Shown: piece after piece, positions 59,077 to 64,000 of the stretch
Position numbering within the stretch: position 1 is the first letter of the stretch
Layout of the letters: each line of letters opens with the position of its first letter
From: Elusimicrobiota bacterium
Lineage (GTDB): Bacteria; Elusimicrobiota; Elusimicrobia; UBA1565; JACRDR01
Direction of reading: 5' to 3'
NCBI GenBank assembly: GCA_041694815.1
Contig: JBGFSC010000010.1
Location: forward strand, 64,001-128,000
Length of the DNA stretch: 64,000 nt
Position numbers and translations under genes: made by a program
The notes under the pieces: generated by a model
Database searches by the model: none
The model's input: the letters and a program-made list of their open reading frames with translations, nothing else
Told to the model about the DNA's origin: nothing

Positions 59077-61745
59077 GTCGCCATCGGGTTGCGCTTGTTC
59101 GGGTCGATGCCCAATTCGGCGATCGCCTTGGCGGGCGCCGCGGGATCGATTTTACCTGCACGGCGAAGCCCGGTCAACGCCGCCAGGGCGATGTAGCGGG
59201 CGTCGACCTCGAAATGGTCGCGGAGGCTTTCGCGCACCTCGCTGAGCCCATAGCCGGCGGTCCCCAGGGTGATGAGAGGCCCGGGGAACCACTTGGAGAC
59301 CGAATCGGGAATGGCCTGGACGTAGTCGGAGGCGGCAACGAAAACCCCGTCCTCACCTTGCAGCACCTGGCTCAAGTACGGGAGTCTGGGCTTTTCGTCC
59401 GGGTGCAACAGGTTCCAACGCTCGGCCTCCAAACCGTCGCGCCGCAATTCCTTATAGCTCGTGACGCTCCATACGTCGGAGGAGATCCCAAATTTCTCCG
59501 CCAAGAGCTCCTGCGCCTTGAGCGCCTCGTTGAGTATCGCTCCGCTGCCGAAAAGGTGCGCCTGGGCCTTTCCCTTGGAGGAGGGCTTAAGCTTATAGAT
59601 CCCCCGCAATATCCCTTCCTCAACGCCCGCGGGCATCGCGGGCATCGGGTAGTTCTCGTTGCCGACGGTGATGTAATAGAAGACGTCCTCTTGCCTCTCG
59701 ACCATGCGCCGGATGCCGTCGCGCACGATCACCGCCAGCTCGAAGGCGAAGGCAGGATCGTAGGCCATCAAATTGGGAATCGGATAGGCCAACAAATGGC
59801 TATGGCCGTCTTGATGCTGCAGGCCCTCGCCGGCCAGCGTGGTGCGCCCGGCAGTGCCGCCGACCAAAAAGCCGCGGCAGCGCATGTCGCCCGCGGCCCA
59901 GATGAGATCGCCGATGCGTTGGAAGCCGAACATCGAATAGTAGATGAAAAAGGGCACGGCGTGCACCCCGTGCGTCGCGTAGGAGGAGCCCGCCGCGATG
60001 AAGGAGGACATCGCGCCCGCCTCGGTGATCCCCTCCTCCAGTATCTGCCCGTCCTTGGCCTCCTTGTAGTAGATCAGCAGTTCCGAGTCGACGGGCTCGT
60101 AGAGCTGCCCGACGTGGGAGTAGATGCCGCATTGCCTAAAGAGCGCCTCCATGCCGAAGGTGCGCGCCTCGTCCGGGATGATCGGGACGATATGCCGGCC
60201 TTCCTGGGGGTCTTTGAGCAGCTTCGTGAGGATGCGGACCAAGGCCATCGTCGTGGAGACCGGCCGCCCCTCCGTGCCGTGCTTGAATTCCTCCCACAAA
60301 TCGGCCTGGGGGGCCTTGAGCGGAGCGATGGGGCCGCGGCGCTTGGGCACGAAACCACCGAGCGCGCGCCTCCTCTCGCGCAGGTACTCCATCTCGGGGC
60401 TGTTTTCGGGAGGACGATAAAACGGGGCCTTGGCGATCTCCTCGTCGGAGATCGGGATGGCGAAACGCGCCCGGAACTCCCGCAGCTCGTCCTCGTTAAG
60501 CTTCTTCTGCTGGTGGGTAATGTTGCGGCCCTCGCCGGCCTCGCCCAAGCCGTAGCCCTTGATCGTATGCGCCAGGACCACGCTGGGAGCTCCCTGATGC
60601 GTCGCCGCGGCGCGGTAGGCGTTGTAGACCTTCTTGACGTCGTGACCGCCGCGGTTAAGCCGCCGCAGCTTGTCGTCGCTCAAATGCGCCACCAGCTTGA
60701 GCAGTCGAGGATCGGAACCGAAGAGATGCTTGCGGATATAATCGCCGTGGGCGACGTTATATTTCTGCTGCTGTCCGTCGACCGTCTCGCCCAGGCGCCG
60801 CAGCAGCAGCCCCTCGCGGTCCTTCTCGAACAAGGGATCCCAATCCGATCCCCAGACCGCCTTGATGACGTTCCAGCCGGCGCCCCGGAAAACGCCCTCG
60901 AGCTCCTGGATGATCTGCCCGTTGCCGCGGACCGGGCCGTCTAAGCGCTGCAGGTTGCAGTTGATGACGAAGATCAGGTTGTCGAGCTTCTCCCGCGCGG
61001 CCAGCGAGATGGCCCCCAGTGTCTCCGGCTCATCGGTCTCCCCGTCCCCAAGGAAGGCCCAGACCTTGGCGTCCGAGCGGGGCTTGAGCCCCCGGTCCTC
61101 CAGGTAACGGTTGAAGCGCGCCTGGTAAATGGCCATGATGGGGGCCAGCCCCATCGACACCGTTGGGAACTCCCAGAAATCCGGCATCAGGCGAGGGTGC
61201 GGGTAGGAGGAGAGCCCGCCGCCGGGCTTAAGCTCCCTCCGGAAATTTTCCATCTGTTTGAGCGTGAGCCGGCCTTCCAGGAACGCCCGGGCATATATCC
61301 CTGGCGAGGCGTGCCCCTGGAAATAGACGCTATCTCCCTCTTGCTTCTCGTTGCGGGCGCGGAAGAAATGGTTGAAACCGGTCTCATAGAGGGTCGCCGC
61401 GGAGGCGAAGGTCGAGATATGCCCGCCAATACCATCGGCGATGCGATTGGCCCGCACGACCATGGCCATCGCGTTCCATCGCACGAGGCTGCGTATCCTG
61501 CGTTCGAGGCTCAAATCGCCCGGGTAGGGGGCCTCCTGATCGGCGGGGATGGTGTTGATATAGGGCGTCCGGGCGCTGAAGGGGATGCGCACGCCGGACT
61601 TGTGGATATGCACCGAGAGCCGGCCGAAAAGGCTCCGGACATATTCGGGACCCTGGCGCTTGAGCACCTCGTCGAGGGAGGCCAGCCATTCCAAGGTCTC
61701 GACGTCGTCTTGCGCCGCGGCTTTGCGGTGATTGGGAGCGCTCAC
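59073..61745 (-). CDS. aceE: Pyruvate dehydrogenase E1 (homodimeric)
   Basis: GGHISTFAS, SSYPHP, PTVSMGL, GDGETDEPE, YYSMFGFQRIGD, GEGLQHQD. Confidence 0.97.
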   Translation of the reverse strand: MSAPNHRKAAAQDDVETLEWLASLDEVLKRQGPEYVRSLFGRLSVHIHKSGVRIPFSARTPYINTIPADQEAPYPGDLSLERRIRSLVRWNAMAMVVRANRIADGIGGHISTFASAATLYETGFNHFFRARNEKQEGDSVYFQGHASPGIYARAFLEGRLTLKQMENFRRELKPGGGLSSYPHPRLMPDFWEFPTVSMGLAPIMAIYQARFNRYLEDRGLKPRSDAKVWAFLGDGETDEPETLGAISLAAREKLDNLIFVINCNLQRLDGPVRGNGQIIQELEGVFRGAGWNVIKAVWGSDWDPLFEKDREGLLLRRLGETVDGQQQKYNVAHGDYIRKHLFGSDPRLLKLVAHLSDDKLRRLNRGGHDVKKVYNAYRAAATHQGAPSVVLAHTIKGYGLGEAGEGRNITHQQKKLNEDELREFRARFAIPISDEEIAKAPFYRPPENSPEMEYLRERRRALGGFVPKRRGPIAPLKAPQADLWEEFKHGTEGRPVSTTMALVRILTKLLKDPQEGRHIVPIIPDEARTFGMEALFRQCGIYSHVGQLYEPVDSELLIYYKEAKDGQILEEGITEAGAMSSFIAAGSSYATHGVHAVPFFIYYSMFGFQRIGDLIWAAGDMRCRGFLVGGTAGRTTLAGEGLQHQDGHSHLLAYPIPNLMAYDPAFAFELAVIVRDGIRRMVERQEDVFYYITVGNENYPMPAMPAGVEEGILRGIYKLKPSSKGKAQAHLFGSGAILNEALKAQELLAEKFGISSDVWSVTSYKELRRDGLEAERWNLLHPDEKPRLPYLSQVLQGEDGVFVAASDYVQAIPDSVSKWFPGPLITLGTAGYGLSEVRESLRDHFEVDARYIALAALTGLRRAGKIDPAAPAKAIAELGIDPNKRNPMAT

Positions 61746-61814
61746 CGCGTGATTTTACTAAATATCCGCCGGGCACTAGATAAATCTTGAAAATTTGCCA
61801 TAATATCGCCGGTC

Positions 61815-62435
61815 ATGATCACCGTTGGGATCGGCGGCGGCAGCGCCTCCGGGAAAAGCTGGCTCGCCTCCTACCTCAAACGCAATCTCGGCTCGCGCGC
61901 GGTCGTCATCTGCCAGGACTGGTACTACCACGACCACAGCCACCTAAGCCCCAAGCAGGCCAAGCGGCTCAACGTCGACCATCCCCGCTCCATCGACATG
62001 CGCATGCTCATCGAGCACATGCGCCTTCTGCGCAAGGGCCAGGCGGTGGAGACCCCGCGCTACCATTACACCACGCACGCGCGGCTCCGTGAGACCCATC
62101 GAGTCGATCCGGCCGACGTGGTGATACTCGAGGGCATCTTCGTCCTGCAGCACCGCGAGCTCAGGAAGCTGCTCGATTACTCCGTCTACATCGAGGTGCC
62201 CGACGATATCCGCTTCATGCGCCGGGTGCGCCGCGACGTGGAGGAACGCCGCTTCAAGCTCGAGGAGGTGCTGCGCCTCTACGAGCATTGCGTGCGCCCC
62301 ATGCACGGCAAATTCGTCCTGCCCACCTCGAAAAAGGCGAAGTGGGTCTGGCGCCAGCTCGAGGACCGGCATTTCCCGCAAGCGCTCCTGGAAAGGCTCA
62401 AGGCCAAAAGCGCCGGCAACGGAAGCCGGGGCTAA
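61815..62435 (+). CDS. udk: Uridine kinase
   Basis: GGGSASGKS, QDWYY, NVDHP, ILEGI, RRVRRD..ER. Confidence 0.9.
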   Translation: MITVGIGGGSASGKSWLASYLKRNLGSRAVVICQDWYYHDHSHLSPKQAKRLNVDHPRSIDMRMLIEHMRLLRKGQAVETPRYHYTTHARLRETHRVDPADVVILEGIFVLQHRELRKLLDYSVYIEVPDDIRFMRRVRRDVEERRFKLEEVLRLYEHCVRPMHGKFVLPTSKKAKWVWRQLEDRHFPQALLERLKAKSAGNGSRG

Positions 62436-62499
62436 AGTCCCGTTTTTTTAGGGCCCAAGGGCCCAGGTTCTTGGAACGGGCGTTTGCTATCGTCCGCGC

Positions 62500-63804
62500 A
62501 TGGCGCCCCTTCTCCCGCTCATCGCCTCGATTCTTCCGAGCGTCGCCCTCGGCTGGGGCCAGTACGGGCATCAACAGGTCAACGCGGCGGCCGTCGAGCT
62601 GCTAGACCCGTCTTCCGGGATCGGCAAGCTTTTTTCCGCCAACACCGACCTCCTCAAGCGCCTCTCCATCACGCCGGACATGGAATGGAAAAGGGGCGGC
62701 GCCGGGTCGGACAGCGAGACCCTCGACGCCGACCTGCAAGAGCCGAGCAAGTCGGACACGCAGGAGCACGCCCTCCATTACTTCGAATTGGACGCCTTCC
62801 TGGCGCCCGGACAGTCGATCACCGCCCTGCCCGCCGACGAATACCGGCAGGCCCGGCCCCGCCTTCAAGAGCTGCTTCTGGCCAATTCCACCGCGGTGCT
62901 GCGGCTCGACCCTGATTCCCCGCTGCAAGCAGAGGCGCATGGCAGCGCCCCATGGCGCGCGCTGCAGCTCTACGACCTGGGAGTGGCGGCCTTCAAGGCC
63001 AAGGACGGCGCCGGGGCTCTTTTGTACCTAGGCACGCTGGGCCATTACATCGGCGATATGTCACAGCCCTTCCACGGCACCCTGATCTACAACGGGGTCC
63101 AGCACCCGAAGCCCGCGGCCGGAATCCACGGCGCCTTCGAGGCGCGCATGCTTTCCTCGGTCGCCAACAAGGCCGCCGGCGGCAAGGCCATGGACCCGGA
63201 CACCTTGCTCTGGGATCTCTCCGCGACGCACAAGACGGTTTCTGCGCAGGCGCGGCAATTGACGGGCGGCGAGCTCAAGCCGATCCCGCGCTCCGATATC
63301 GTCGCCAATGTCCTGGAGGAACAAGACAGCGGTCGGGACTTCGTCGAGCCCCTGCTCAAGGCCTTCGCGAAGGAGTGCGCACGGGCCCAAAAGGGAGAGT
63401 TCTCGACCTCCGACGACACCCCCTTCTCCATCTTCGACGATTTTCCGGCCGACGCCCCGTATTGCGTCAAAAGCCCGGAATTCCCCCGCCCGCGGGTCTC
63501 CGCCGCGATCGTGGGGGCGTTTTCCAACGCCCGGATCGGACCCACCACCGTCTTCGCGTTCGCCGAAACGCGCCTGGCCGTCGCCGCGGCGTTGCTGGCA
63601 CGGCTCTGGAGCTCCGCCTACGAGGACGCCGGCAGGCCGCCGCTTAAGGCGCGCTCCTACCGCCTCGAGGAGCTCGACGTGTTCGGAAACTACCCCCGGC
63701 CCGATTATCTGGGCCCGCAGGCCTTAAACGCGGATTACCCGGCGCTTCGCGCGGCGATTAAGCGAAGGATCGGGAACATAAGCGACACTCTGCGCGCGGA
63801 ATAG
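62500..63804 (+). CDS. Secreted Zn-dependent phospholipase C / S1-P1 nuclease superfamily protein
   Basis: Signal peptide then WGQYGH; ITPD, HYFELD, GHYIGDMSQPFH, GIHGAFE. Confidence 0.78.
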   Translation: MAPLLPLIASILPSVALGWGQYGHQQVNAAAVELLDPSSGIGKLFSANTDLLKRLSITPDMEWKRGGAGSDSETLDADLQEPSKSDTQEHALHYFELDAFLAPGQSITALPADEYRQARPRLQELLLANSTAVLRLDPDSPLQAEAHGSAPWRALQLYDLGVAAFKAKDGAGALLYLGTLGHYIGDMSQPFHGTLIYNGVQHPKPAAGIHGAFEARMLSSVANKAAGGKAMDPDTLLWDLSATHKTVSAQARQLTGGELKPIPRSDIVANVLEEQDSGRDFVEPLLKAFAKECARAQKGEFSTSDDTPFSIFDDFPADAPYCVKSPEFPRPRVSAAIVGAFSNARIGPTTVFAFAETRLAVAAALLARLWSSAYEDAGRPPLKARSYRLEELDVFGNYPRPDYLGPQALNADYPALRAAIKRRIGNISDTLRAE

Positions 63805-64000
63805 GCCCAAAGGGCAGGCCCCGCCTAGGCCGAAAGCCACTTTCGACAGACGACGTCTTCCTTTATCCTCAAAGGCGTGAGATCGAAAATCACTTTATTC
63901 TTCCACGCTCTTTCCCTCGTACTCCCGTCCTGGGGCTCCGCCGATTCCGTTCGTAATTCCATCAAGAAAAGCTCGGCAACAGTCCAGGCGGCATCATCTA

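Noticed and set aside
59214..60944. 576-aa plus-strand ORF
   Set aside because: Antisense shadow of aceE.
63724..64000. Open minus-strand frame entering from the right edge
   Set aside because: Could be the 3' end of a gene outside the window, but it has no recognisable motif and overlaps the PLC/nuclease-like gene by about 80 bp; cannot be supported.

Overview
High-GC bacterial chromosomal segment, almost fully coding, with no rRNA, integrase, transposase or CRISPR array. Gene content (PorV-like barrel with an FlgD-Ig partner, O-antigen-ligase/TPR proteins) suggests Elusimicrobiota or a similar lineage; this is inference only. Left to right: two O-antigen-ligase/TPR membrane proteins; an orphan HAMP histidine kinase; a gspC-N type II secretion operon headed by a DUF4331-like exported protein and a small lipoprotein; a site-2 protease and a flavin amine oxidase; tRNA-Thr(CGT) between two toxin-antitoxin loci (one with a truncated BrnT); signalling genes; a secreted beta-propeller/Ig protein coupled to a PorV-like barrel; a hopanoid/MEP operon (shc, hpnH, hpnA, hpnG, ispA, dxs, ispH) followed by Cys-rich small proteins; housekeeping genes; sucA-sucB-aconitase convergent with aceE-aceF-lpdA around a third TA pair; udk; and a secreted Zn-dependent PLC/S1-P1-like protein. 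Best leads: the DUF4331-lipoprotein-T2SS operon, the T9SS-like cargo/carrier pair, pervasive leaderless promoters (including a 16-bp bidirectional one) and two unannotated structured non-coding elements. All family calls come from motif recognition by eye; no database search was run.
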